Shown one piece after another: positions 1 through 7,821 of a DNA stretch of 34,394 nt (position 1 is its first letter; every line of letters starts with the position of its first letter). The position numbers were made by a program, and so were the translations under genes. Source of the stretch: an uncultured Candidatus Bathyarchaeia archaeon (GTDB taxonomy: Archaea > Thermoproteota > Bathyarchaeia > TCS64). The notes below the pieces were generated by a model that was not told where the DNA came from, ran no database searches, and saw only the letters and a program-made list of their open reading frames with translations. The DNA lies in NCBI GenBank assembly GCA_964650675.1, contig CAZYUK010000001.1:1-34394 (forward strand). Reading direction: 5' to 3'.

Positions 1-1008
1 CCTCCAGACCTGCTTCCTGCCCCCAAGCTTCCCCCTCTTCGCAGAGGGCCTCCCCTCGACCTCGACGATGTCTAGGGCGAAGTCGACCGTCGGCCCGCCG
101 CTCACCCAGGTCCCCACGCCGAAGGCGTCCGCCCCCGCCTCGCCCAGCGCCCTCACGCTATCCTCGTCTAGGCCGCCGGAGACGAATATCTTAACCCCCC
201 TGAAGCCCCGGATGTCCAGCTCCCACCTTACCTCCTGGATTATCCTGGCGAAGTCTCCTCGCCTGGAGCCAGGCGTGTCGAGCCTCACCGCCTGAAGACG
301 GTCGCCGAGAGCCTCCGCCGCCATTATCGCCTCAGTCTTCTCGTCGAAGTAGGTGTCGACTAGTGCGGTCCTCGGGGTCCCCTCGGGCATGACCTCGTCG
401 TACGCCTTCCAGGCGGCGACCTGATCGCCGAATGTGACTATCAGCGCGTGGGGCATCGTGCCCATGGCAGGCGCACCAACGATCTCCGCGCCGAGGATGC
501 TGGAGACGCCATCCATGCCCCCTATGTAGGCCGCCCTGTCGAAGGCGGGGGTCACGGCCGGGTGGACCCGCCTCATCCCGAATGAGACGACCTGCCTGTC
601 GCCGGCCGCGACCTTCACGTAGGCCGCCCTGCTCGCGACCCCGGTCTCGTGGCAGATGAAGCCGAGGAGGGGGGTCTCGTACTCGCAGAAGCCGCCGTAG
701 GCGCCCTCCACAGTCATCACAGGCACCCTCACCCCAGCTGGGTCGTATGGGCCGAAGAGGCTCCCCTCAGGCATCGAATAGACGTCGACGGGCAGCCCCT
801 CCAGCAGCCTGGCGACCTCCTCAACCCCGCACAGGACCCCCCACTGCTTGCCGTCGGGCAGCGGGCCGGTGGTCACCTCTGCGAAGACCCTCACACCCTC
901 CTTGCCCTTAGCCTCGAGGACCCTTTTCGTCCTGTCGAAGTAGATGTCCGTCGTCCTGCCACGCTTGATCTCGTCGGCCGTGGCGACGTAGAAATCCCTC
1001 TTATTCAT
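1..1008 (-). CDS. pncB: nicotinate phosphoribosyltransferase (archaeal type), partial; C-terminus runs off the window start
   Basis: My own minus-strand translation from ATG 1008..1006 gives MNKRDFYVATADEIKRGRTTDIYFDRTKRVLEAKGKEG... The frame is checked at both ends and appears open to position 1 (...VEGRPSAKRGKLGGRKQVWR). It is absent from the ORF track because its stop lies off-window. ATGA start/stop overlap with pncA. Confidence 0.75.
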   Translation of the reverse strand, partial: MNKRDFYVATADEIKRGRTTDIYFDRTKRVLEAKGKEGVRVFAEVTTGPLPDGKQWGVLCGVEEVARLLEGLPVDVYSMPEGSLFGPYDPAGVRVPVMTVEGAYGGFCEYETPLLGFICHETGVASRAAYVKVAAGDRQVVSFGMRRVHPAVTPAFDRAAYIGGMDGVSSILGAEIVGAPAMGTMPHALIVTFGDQVAAWKAYDEVMPEGTPRTALVDTYFDEKTEAIMAAEALGDRLQAVRLDTPGSRRGDFARIIQEVRWELDIRGFRGVKIFVSGGLDEDSVRALGEAGADAFGVGTWVSGGPTVDFALDIVEVEGRPSAKRGKLGGRKQVWR

Positions 1009-1559
1009 ACCCTGAACCCCTTCCTGATTATCTCCGATGAGGTGGTGATCTCGGCGCCGTGCATCTCCCTCATGTAAGCGAGGGCCTGCTCCTGGAGTTG
1101 GTCGCTCACCGCCTCGACGCAGTCGCAGGGCACCACGACCTTGTAGCCCCTGAAGAAGGCGTCGGCCGCCGTGTGCTGGACGCAGATGTTGGTGACCAGG
1201 CCTGTCAAAATCAACGCGTCGACGCCGAGCCCCCTCAGCAGGCCGTTGAGCCTGGTCGAGTAGAAGCAGCTGTACCTCTTCTTCGTGAGGTGGTGGTCGC
1301 CCCTGACCAGCCTCAGCGCTTCAACGACCTCGGCGCCCCAGGTGCCCGCCACTGCGTGGGGCCTCCAGACCCTGAACTCCGCGTCGTCCACGCCGTGGGC
1401 GTCCGTGACGTATATCACGGGTATGCCGGCGTCTCTGGCCATGTTGAGTAGCCCACTGACCCTGGGGACCATCGCCTCGGCCCTCGGCCCCCCGTAGGCG
1501 CCCGAGACGAAGTCGTTGATCATGTCGATGACGACGACCGCTGCCCCCGTGGAGATCAC
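1005..1559 (-). CDS. pncA: nicotinamidase / isochorismatase-family hydrolase
   Basis: ORF 1005..1673(-). Catalytic-triad contexts are present: VVVIDMINDF (Asp), KKRYSCFY (Lys), LTGLVTNICVQHTA (Cys). The first 38 codons of the long ORF are Cys/Trp/His-rich and cover the divergent promoter, so I start at in-frame GTG 1559; ATG 1523 is the alternative. A palindromic TATA-like CCTATATTAGG sits at 1588-1598. Adjacency to pncB supports a NAD-salvage role. Confidence 0.75.
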   Translation of the reverse strand: MISTGAAVVVIDMINDFVSGAYGGPRAEAMVPRVSGLLNMARDAGIPVIYVTDAHGVDDAEFRVWRPHAVAGTWGAEVVEALRLVRGDHHLTKKRYSCFYSTRLNGLLRGLGVDALILTGLVTNICVQHTAADAFFRGYKVVVPCDCVEAVSDQLQEQALAYMREMHGAEITTSSEIIRKGFRV

Positions 1560-1721
1560 CGATCCGAGATGAAAGTGGAGCCCTGTGCCTAATATAGGTT
1601 GAATGGTTGGAGGACGAATGCACGAGGCACACCAGCATCCATGAAGAGCGCCCCGGCAAGCGGCCCATTTCATGCCCGGAACACACCATTTTCAGCTCCG
1701 CATCGGGGCTCCGACGTTTGG

Positions 1722-1733
1722 AAAACCTTTATA
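1722..1733 (+). promoter_or_regulatory. BRE/TATA-like box AAAACCTTTATA upstream of rpl13
   Basis: The same AAACCTTT(T)WWA pattern recurs upstream of both ilvB copies (7585, 11053), and a related CCTTTTAC box sits upstream of the 7323 gene. It lies about 65 nt before ATG 1797 and about 25 nt before the alternative ATG 1755. Confidence 0.35.
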
Positions 1734-1796
1734 CGCATAGACGCTCTGATTGGGATGCTATCAGCGGACATAGACTATCAAGGGATCGGACCACAG

Positions 1797-2231
1797 ATGA
1801 GCGCCAAGACCGTGATCGACGCAGACGGACTAATCCTCGGAAGGATGGCGAGCATAGTGGCAAGGCGGCTACTCGCGGGCGAGACCATAGAGCTCGTGAA
1901 CGCCCAGGGCGCCGTGATCTCGGGCAAGAAGGTGAACATCGTCGACGAGCACAAGGAGTTCATCTCGGTCGGCGGCCACAGGAAGGGACCGATCCACTTC
2001 AGGATGCCTAACGCCATAGTGAGCAGGACCATAAGGGGCATGCTCCCATACAGGAAGCCGACCGGGCGCGACGCCTACAAGAGGCTCACGGTCCACATAG
2101 GCGTCCCAGAGGAGCTCGAAGGCGCCGAGAGGCAGAGCATCGCCGAGGCCCACGTCGGCAGGCTCAACCACAGGTACGTCACGGTCGGCGAAGTCGCCGA
2201 GCAGATAGGCTGGAATAGGAGGGGGGTGTAG
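1797..2231 (+). CDS. rpl13: 50S ribosomal protein uL13
   Basis: MSAKTVIDADGLILGRMASIVARRLLAGETIELVNAQ... is a typical archaeal L13 N-terminus. The long ORF (TTG 1599) adds 66 non-homologous residues and is rejected. ATG 1755 is a possible leaderless alternative start. Confidence 0.93.
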   Translation: MSAKTVIDADGLILGRMASIVARRLLAGETIELVNAQGAVISGKKVNIVDEHKEFISVGGHRKGPIHFRMPNAIVSRTIRGMLPYRKPTGRDAYKRLTVHIGVPEELEGAERQSIAEAHVGRLNHRYVTVGEVAEQIGWNRRGV

Positions 2232-2235
2232 CGGG

Positions 2236-2646
2236 TTGTCGACGAAGAAGAGGCCGACGATGGCGACCGGGAAGAGGAAGACGGCCAAGGCTAGGGTGGC
2301 CGTCACCGACGGCAAGGGAAGGATCAGGGTAAACAACGTCCCCATCCACCTGTACCAGCCGAAGGAGGCCCGAGAGAAGATCATGGAACCGATCATGCTG
2401 TCCGGCGAGTACGCGGACAAGGTCGATGTCTCCATCCGGGTTGCGGGCGGGGGAGCCCTCAGCCAGGCGGAGGCGGCAAGGATGGGCCTCGCCCAGGGGC
2501 TCGTGAAGCACACCAAGAGCAAGAGGCTCAGGTCCACATTCATAGAGTACGACAGGAACATGCTCAGCGGCGACGACAGGCGCAAGGAGCCGAAGAAGTT
2601 CGGCGGCCCAAGCGCCCGCACCCGGAAGCAGAAGAGCTACAGGTAG
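2236..2646 (+). CDS. rps9: 30S ribosomal protein uS9
   Basis: GKRKTAKARVAV...GGGALSQAEAARMGLAQGLV...RRKEPKKFGGPSARTRKQKSYR has the canonical S9 C-terminus. The start is TTG 2236; ATG 2260 is the alternative. Confidence 0.93.
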   Translation: MSTKKRPTMATGKRKTAKARVAVTDGKGRIRVNNVPIHLYQPKEAREKIMEPIMLSGEYADKVDVSIRVAGGGALSQAEAARMGLAQGLVKHTKSKRLRSTFIEYDRNMLSGDDRRKEPKKFGGPSARTRKQKSYR

Positions 2647-2655
2647 GATCACACG

Positions 2656-2976
2656 ATGCCACGGATGATCTCGCCGATGGTCAGCAGGCAGAAGCCACGG
2701 GAGGGACGCGGATTCTCCCTCGGCGAACTCAGGAAGGCAAACCTGACCGCTGGGGAGGCAAAGATCCGAGGGGTACCCTTCGACGCCCGCAGGAAGTCGA
2801 CCCACGAGGAGAACGTCCAGATCCTCAAGGAGTGGTACGGGGACGCTAAGGAGAACAAGTTCAGGGTCCCCAAGCCGTTCCAGTTCTCAAAGGGGCGGAG
2901 GGGCAGGACGAGCAGAGGCCTAACCAGCGCCGGCAGAAAGTCGAGAGGCCTCGTCAGGGGCAAGAAGCGGGATTAG
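2656..2976 (+). CDS. rpl13e: 50S ribosomal protein eL13 (L13e)
   Basis: The core REGRGFSLGELRKANLTAGEAKIRGVPFDARRKSTHEENVQILKEW matches the eL13 signature (GRGFSL.EL..AG....A...GI.VD.RR....E.N...L). The C-terminal tail is basic. Confidence 0.75.
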   Translation: MPRMISPMVSRQKPREGRGFSLGELRKANLTAGEAKIRGVPFDARRKSTHEENVQILKEWYGDAKENKFRVPKPFQFSKGRRGRTSRGLTSAGRKSRGLVRGKKRD

Positions 2977-3038
2977 CCACCCTCAATGAGGCACAGCCGC
3001 CCGAAACGGCTTTCAGCAAAGAACTGCATCCATCTTCG

Positions 3039-3446
3039 ATGGACAGGAGAGTCGACGTCGTAGCCCTCATCGTCTCGGAGGGAGACCGGGTTCTGGTCGA
3101 GAGGCGGAGACCCGACAGGAGGATCGATCCCGGCAAGGTCACGATCCCTGGCGGCCACGTCGAGGAGGGCGAGACGTTCGAGGAGGCGTGCAGGAGGGAG
3201 CTCAGGGAGGAGCTCGGCTTGGAGTGCGCCAGACTCAGATACCTGACCACGTACCTCCACGAGACGCCGGTCGAGGACCAAGTGACAAGGTACTACGTAT
3301 GCGAGGACTGGACTGGAAGACTTGAGCCCACCGAGGCAGCCGAGGTATTCTTCATCGGAAGAGAAGAAACTGGAATGCTCGACTTCGAGATAGACAGAAA
3401 GGCACTGGACGAATTCTACCGGGATAAAGAGATGAGGAAGGGTTGA
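3039..3446 (+). CDS. Nudix (MutT-family) hydrolase
   Basis: Nudix box GGHVEEGETFEEACRRELREELGL fits GX5EX7REUXEEXGU. Confidence 0.85.
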   Translation: MDRRVDVVALIVSEGDRVLVERRRPDRRIDPGKVTIPGGHVEEGETFEEACRRELREELGLECARLRYLTTYLHETPVEDQVTRYYVCEDWTGRLEPTEAAEVFFIGREETGMLDFEIDRKALDEFYRDKEMRKG

Positions 3447-3451
3447 GAGCC

Positions 3452-4612
3452 TTACCTCACGGTCTTCAGCGCCCTCTCTATCCGGTCCATCGCCTCGTTG
3501 AGTATCTGCTCGCTCGTGGCGATCGTCATCCTGAGGTGCCTCTCCCCCCCGGGACCGAACTCCGTGCCTATGCCTAGGCTCACCTTCGCCTTCTCGAAGA
3601 TCAGTTTGTATAGCTCGTCCGTTGTCATGTCGACGTCGAACTTCGGGAAGAAGAGGTAGGTTCCCTGGAGCTCGGGCACCGTGACGCCGCCCATCTCCTC
3701 GAACCTCTTGTAGCAGATGCCCCTGATGCGGTGGAGGTGCTTCATCATGTCCCTCTTCCAGTAGTCGCTGTGCGGGTCGAGAGTCGGCATCGCCGCCGCG
3801 TATGATAGGGTCGTGGAGCCCCTCATGATGCCCTGGCCCAGCTTCCTCAGGTTGTCCATCATCTTCATGTTGGTCGCCGCCAGGTAGCCTATCCTGAGGC
3901 CCGCGATCCCCCACGTCTTGCTGAAGCCCCAGCTCGTCATCGTCAGGTCGGCTATCTCGGGGCCGAGGCTGGCGAGGGTGATGTGCTTGTAGTCGTCGAA
4001 GACGATGTCCTCCCAGAGCTCGTCCACCATCACAGTTATCCTGTGGTCGACTGCGACGTCTGCGATCCCCTTCAGCTCCTCCCTGCTCATCACCCTCCCG
4101 CAGGGGTTGTGGGGGTTGCAGACGAAGATCAGCTTCGTCCTCCCAGTTATCTGCTCCTTAAGCCTCTCAATATCGAGCCTGTAGCCCTCGTCCATGTGGA
4201 GCCTCCAGTAGATCGGCTTGGTGTTCGTCACGTTGACGGCGTTGTAGAACGGGTTGTACATCGGGTCGGTGACCACGACCTCGTCACCCTCCTTACACGC
4301 GTACTTTACTGCAAGCCACATCGCGGGGTTAACACCGAGCGTGACCATCACGTTGTCCTTGGTAACGTCGAGGCCATTCACCCTCTTGACCTTCTCCGCC
4401 ATCCTCTCCCGCACCTGCGTGTCAAAGCCGTAGTAGAGGTCCTCGTCCTGAACGGCGTTTATCAGCGCCTTCTTGATGAAGGGGGCCGTCGGGAAGTCCG
4501 GGTCCGCGAGCCACATGGGGATCACATCGGGTGGATCACGGTGCCACTTCTCACCCGGCGCCGCCAGCATCCCCTCGACGCTCGCTGAGTTGAAGATATC
4601 CTCGTTGTACAT
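3452..4612 (-). CDS. PLP-dependent aminotransferase, class I/II (MalY/PatB-like)
   Basis: CNPHNPCGRVMSREEL plus the PLP-lysine context SWGFSKTWGIAGLRIGY. Size is 386 aa. Substrate cannot be assigned. Confidence 0.8.
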   Translation of the reverse strand: MYNEDIFNSASVEGMLAAPGEKWHRDPPDVIPMWLADPDFPTAPFIKKALINAVQDEDLYYGFDTQVRERMAEKVKRVNGLDVTKDNVMVTLGVNPAMWLAVKYACKEGDEVVVTDPMYNPFYNAVNVTNTKPIYWRLHMDEGYRLDIERLKEQITGRTKLIFVCNPHNPCGRVMSREELKGIADVAVDHRITVMVDELWEDIVFDDYKHITLASLGPEIADLTMTSWGFSKTWGIAGLRIGYLAATNMKMMDNLRKLGQGIMRGSTTLSYAAAMPTLDPHSDYWKRDMMKHLHRIRGICYKRFEEMGGVTVPELQGTYLFFPKFDVDMTTDELYKLIFEKAKVSLGIGTEFGPGGERHLRMTIATSEQILNEAMDRIERALKTVR

Positions 4613-4754
4613 CTCCTGCCACCTACACGGCTGATAGGGAAGCCACGAGGGCTAATAACATTTCTGGGGGTCGAGATGGAGGCGCAGAGCACATCGCGGC
4701 GCCTCCGATCGATAATGATATATGGGTATTGGCTGACCTCATGGGAGAAAAGGT

Positions 4755-5018
4755 ATGAAGATTCTACTGTACTTCGATTGGACTGGGACCAGGAAGGAGC
4801 TGAAGGAGCATGACATCAAACTTCGGCAGTCGTGCAAGGACACCGGAGTCGAGTATAATGGGCTGTTCGGCTCGATGAACCAGAAGTGGAACTTCGTCTG
4901 GCTCTTCGACGCAAAGAGCTACGACCACTTCATGGAGATGACGCACGGGGTTCCGCGCCCAATGCAGATGACCCACTACATCACGGAGCTCCTCATACCG
5001 ATCAAGCTCCCGGAGTAG
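4755..5018 (+). CDS. hypothetical small protein (87 aa)
   Basis: Clean ORF with GGAGA-like SD 8 nt upstream and TATA-like GATAATGATATAT at about 4711. No recognisable motif. Confidence 0.45.
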   Translation: MKILLYFDWTGTRKELKEHDIKLRQSCKDTGVEYNGLFGSMNQKWNFVWLFDAKSYDHFMEMTHGVPRPMQMTHYITELLIPIKLPE

Positions 5019-5025
5019 GGGCACG

Positions 5026-5931
5026 TTAGACGAGCCTGGCCCCATCGTCGTCGATGCCCGTCACAACGGCCTCGTGGCCTAGGGCGGCCTCTTCGAGGAT
5101 GGACGCGAGTCCGGGTGCATCTTTCTCGTCGACGAGGGAGAAGACCACCTCGCCGAACATCGCCATCGTCGTGGCATACCCTTCGCTCGCGGCGGCGCCC
5201 ATGGCCTTCCTCATCCTCGGTGTTATCAGGCCGACGTTCTCAGAGAACCGCCTAGAGAGCCCCATGAACCTGGAGGGGGTGAGCTCCACCGCCAACTCGT
5301 CGACGAACCTCTCCCCCAGCTCGTTTATCCTCCTCCTCAGGTCCGGCTTGGAGAGGGCTTCTCTGGTCGGTATCGGGGCGAGGTAGAGGTAGACGACCCT
5401 GAGGCCCCCCGTGTCTGTGTACCTGACCGCCTCCCCCACGCCTGGTGCCCCGGGTTTGACTAGGACGCCGAAGCCGCCGTTCAAAGCGGCGAAGACGCTG
5501 CCGAGGCCAGTACCGCACTCGATCTCCGCGACGTGGGCGACCTGCGCGGCCTCTACCTTGCTCAAGCCTACGCCGGCGGCTTCGTTCAGAGCCAGGGCGA
5601 GGCTGAGGGCACCGCCGCCGCTGCTCCCGAAGCCCGCGCCGAGGGGCGTCTCCAGGTTGACCTCGACAACGATCCTTAGCGGCCGTTTGATGATTGGCCT
5701 GAACTTCTCTAGGACCCTCTCGGAGACGAAGGCGGCCCCCGTCCTTCTACCATTCATACTGATGACGTGGCTGTAGGCGTCGGAGGGCTCGACGGCCACT
5801 CTCGTATAGACACCGAGGTCAAGGCTGACGCCTGAGCCCCTCGCGCCCTTCCTGAGGGGGTCCGGGCTCTCGTCGCATATCTGGAAGAGGCCTGTGAGGT
5901 GGCCGGGGGCGAAGACCGTGGCTTCCTTCAT
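5026..5931 (-). CDS. GHMP-family kinase, probable pantoate kinase (archaeal CoA pathway, COG1829)
   Basis: GHMP motif PLGAGFGSSGGGALSLALALNEA. The N-terminus FAPGHLTGLF and AHVAEIECGTGLGSVFAALNGGFGVLVKPGAPGVG resemble the archaeal pantoate kinase family as I remember it. Confidence 0.65.
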   Translation of the reverse strand: MKEATVFAPGHLTGLFQICDESPDPLRKGARGSGVSLDLGVYTRVAVEPSDAYSHVISMNGRRTGAAFVSERVLEKFRPIIKRPLRIVVEVNLETPLGAGFGSSGGGALSLALALNEAAGVGLSKVEAAQVAHVAEIECGTGLGSVFAALNGGFGVLVKPGAPGVGEAVRYTDTGGLRVVYLYLAPIPTREALSKPDLRRRINELGERFVDELAVELTPSRFMGLSRRFSENVGLITPRMRKAMGAAASEGYATTMAMFGEVVFSLVDEKDAPGLASILEEAALGHEAVVTGIDDDGARLV

Positions 5932-6003
5932 CGTTCCTACGTCTATTCCCCGATTGGCTGGTTGGATAAGGGTTATGCTACGAGCCGTCAGAGAAAATTG
6001 AGG

Positions 6004-7242
6004 TCAAAGCCCCTTGTAGTTGAAGGGCTTCGACGGGTCGGCGACGGGCGCCTTCACCTCGAAGAGGTCTGTGTACTTGAGCCCCGAGCCCGTGTTGAAG
6101 AGTACGACCCGCTCGTCCTTGTCGACCTCGCCGTCTGCGACCATGTGCCTGAGCGCCGAGAGGGTGGCCGCGCCCTCAGGGCAAGGGAAAAGGCCCTCGT
6201 TCCTCGCCATCAGGCCGACATCTGCCATGATCTCCTCGTCTGTGACAGCGAGCGCCGTCCCCCCGCTCTCCCTCACCGCCCTGAGGATTAGGAAGTCGCC
6301 CAGCGCCTTGGGCACCCTCAGGCCGGCCGCGACCGTGCTCGCGTTCTCGAAGAATTCGGACTCCTCCTTCCCCTCGGCGTAGGCCTTCGCGATGGGGGAG
6401 CAGCCCTCCGCCTGGACGGAGACCATCCTGGGGCGCTCGCTGCCAATCCAGCCCATTTTCTCGAGCTCGTCGAAGACCTTCCACATCCCGATGATGCCTG
6501 TGCCGCCGCCTGTCGGATAGACGATCACGTCCGGGAGAACCCAGTCGAACTGCTCCGCGACCTCGAGCCCCATCGTCTTCTTCCCCTCGACCCTGTATGG
6601 CTCGCCGAGGGTGGCCACGTTGAACCAGCTCATCTCACTGTTCCCGTCCCTGACCAGCTTCCCCGCGTCTGAGATGAGACCCTTCACCAGCACCACCCTC
6701 GCGCCGACCACCTCTGACTCGACGGCGTTCACCTTCGGGGCGTCCTCTGGCATGAAGACGTAGACCTCCATGCCGGCGCGTGCGCCGTAGGCGGCCATCG
6801 CCCCCGCGGCGTTCCCTGCCGAGGGCATCGCCACGCGCCTTATGCCGAGCTCCTTGGCCTTGCTTATGGCCGCCGATAGTCCACGCGCCTTGAACGAGCC
6901 CGTGGGGATTATACCCTCGTCCTTGATCCAAAGGTCCTTCACGCCGACGACCCCGCCGAGCCGGGATGCTCTGGTCAGCGGCGTCCAACCCTCGCCGAGG
7001 GAGACAATGTTGCCTCTCTTCCTGACGGGCATGAGCTCGAAGTACCTCCACATAGATGAGACACGGCCGACGAGCTCCCGCTTCGTGACAGCCTCCCTCA
7101 CCCCCTCGAGGTCGTAGCGGACGAAAAGCGGCTTGCCACACTTCCTGCATACCGTTTGGATCCGGTCGGCTTCGTGACGCTCGCCACACCGGGAGCATTC
7201 GAGGTGTGTGACGTGGCTCAAATCCATCAACAAGGATACCAT
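6004..7242 (-). CDS. thrC: threonine synthase
   Basis: N-terminal zinc-ribbon-like CSRCG...CRKCG, PLP-lysine context PTGSFKARGLSAAIS, and a fold-type II PLP enzyme length. Alternative start ATG 7227. Confidence 0.88.
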   Translation of the reverse strand: MVSLLMDLSHVTHLECSRCGERHEADRIQTVCRKCGKPLFVRYDLEGVREAVTKRELVGRVSSMWRYFELMPVRKRGNIVSLGEGWTPLTRASRLGGVVGVKDLWIKDEGIIPTGSFKARGLSAAISKAKELGIRRVAMPSAGNAAGAMAAYGARAGMEVYVFMPEDAPKVNAVESEVVGARVVLVKGLISDAGKLVRDGNSEMSWFNVATLGEPYRVEGKKTMGLEVAEQFDWVLPDVIVYPTGGGTGIIGMWKVFDELEKMGWIGSERPRMVSVQAEGCSPIAKAYAEGKEESEFFENASTVAAGLRVPKALGDFLILRAVRESGGTALAVTDEEIMADVGLMARNEGLFPCPEGAATLSALRHMVADGEVDKDERVVLFNTGSGLKYTDLFEVKAPVADPSKPFNYKGL

Positions 7243-7322
7243 GCGGCGGGTTCAGGTTAAAACTACCGTTGCCACAGACGCGAACGGGGAATCCTTTTAC
7301 GGTGCTGCGGTTAGATTAAACC

Positions 7323-7586
7323 ATGGCTGAAGCCTTGGTGAAGGTTGGAACCGTAGCCCATTACTTCGGGAAGATAGGGGTCGCCGTGGTCGAGGTCACC
7401 GCGCCCCTCAAGGTCGGAGACAGGATCACGGTGAGGGGGTTGAAGACGAGTCTAGACCAGACGGTCGAGTCGATGGAGGTCGACCACAAGAGCGTCACCA
7501 CCGCGAAGAAGGGGGATTCCATCGGACTGAAGGTCAACGGCTACGTCAGAGAAGGGGACGCGGTATACATATTAGCCGTCCAGTAA
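7323..7586 (+). CDS. small EF-Tu domain-II-like beta-barrel protein (87 aa)
   Basis: VGTVAHYFGKIGVAVVEVTAPLKVGDRITVRG...KGDSIGLKV...EGDAVY resembles the translation-factor domain II barrel. TATA-like CCTTTTAC lies about 27 nt upstream, which suggests a leaderless mRNA. Confidence 0.55.
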   Translation: MAEALVKVGTVAHYFGKIGVAVVEVTAPLKVGDRITVRGLKTSLDQTVESMEVDHKSVTTAKKGDSIGLKVNGYVREGDAVYILAVQ

Positions 7587-7596
7587 ACCTTTTAAA
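7585..7596 (+). promoter_or_regulatory. BRE/TATA-like box AAACCTTTTAAA for ilvB copy 1 operon
   Basis: Matches the box at 11053-11064. It lies 58 nt upstream of the conserved leader module. Confidence 0.4.
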
Positions 7597-7631
7597 CCCT
7601 GACTCCGCTCTTTCCCCTACACGCCTGTTCG

Positions 7632-7711
7632 GGGATAGACAAATGGGGTATCGTTTTGTCGAGGCCCCCGCTGAGGGGGAAGCGTAAATGGGGAATTGTT
7701 TTATTAGATAA
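7632..7711 (+). promoter_or_regulatory. conserved ilvB leader module, copy 1 (mini-ORFs 7643-7687 and 7688-7711; hairpin CCCCC 7665-7669 / GGGGG 7675-7679)
   Basis: Aligns with 11102-11180 at near-identical length: GGATAGACAAATGGGGTATCGTTTTGTCGAGGCCCCCGCTGAGGGGGAAGCGTAAATGGGGAATTGTTTTATTAGATAA. Confidence 0.6.
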
Positions 7712-7821
7712 ACCACTCAGGGCAAGGACCCGCTTCAGCGATTCATGGCTGGTAACGCCATTCAATGAAGGGTCGGTAGCTGAGGATATGCTCCGTGCTG
7801 TGAGCCGGGAGGCGACGCCGC

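Noticed and set aside
1599-1796. 66-codon N-terminal extension of the rpl13 ORF (TTG start)
   Set aside because: It has no similarity to uL13 and covers the BRE/TATA-like box at 1722-1733 and the divergent pncA promoter. ATG 1797 gives a canonical L13 N-terminus.
2973-3914. 313-aa minus-strand ORF spanning the Nudix gene and the aminotransferase 3' end
   Set aside because: It is antisense or out of frame to two motif-supported genes. Its Arg/Gly/Asp/Pro-rich composition is typical of spurious ORFs in high-GC DNA.
7643-7711. Reading the mini-ORFs as a classical Ile/Leu/Val-codon attenuator leader peptide
   Set aside because: The peptides hold only one to two branched-chain codes each, and no terminator/antiterminator pair followed by a T-tract is evident. 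The element is kept as a finding, but this specific mechanism is not supported.
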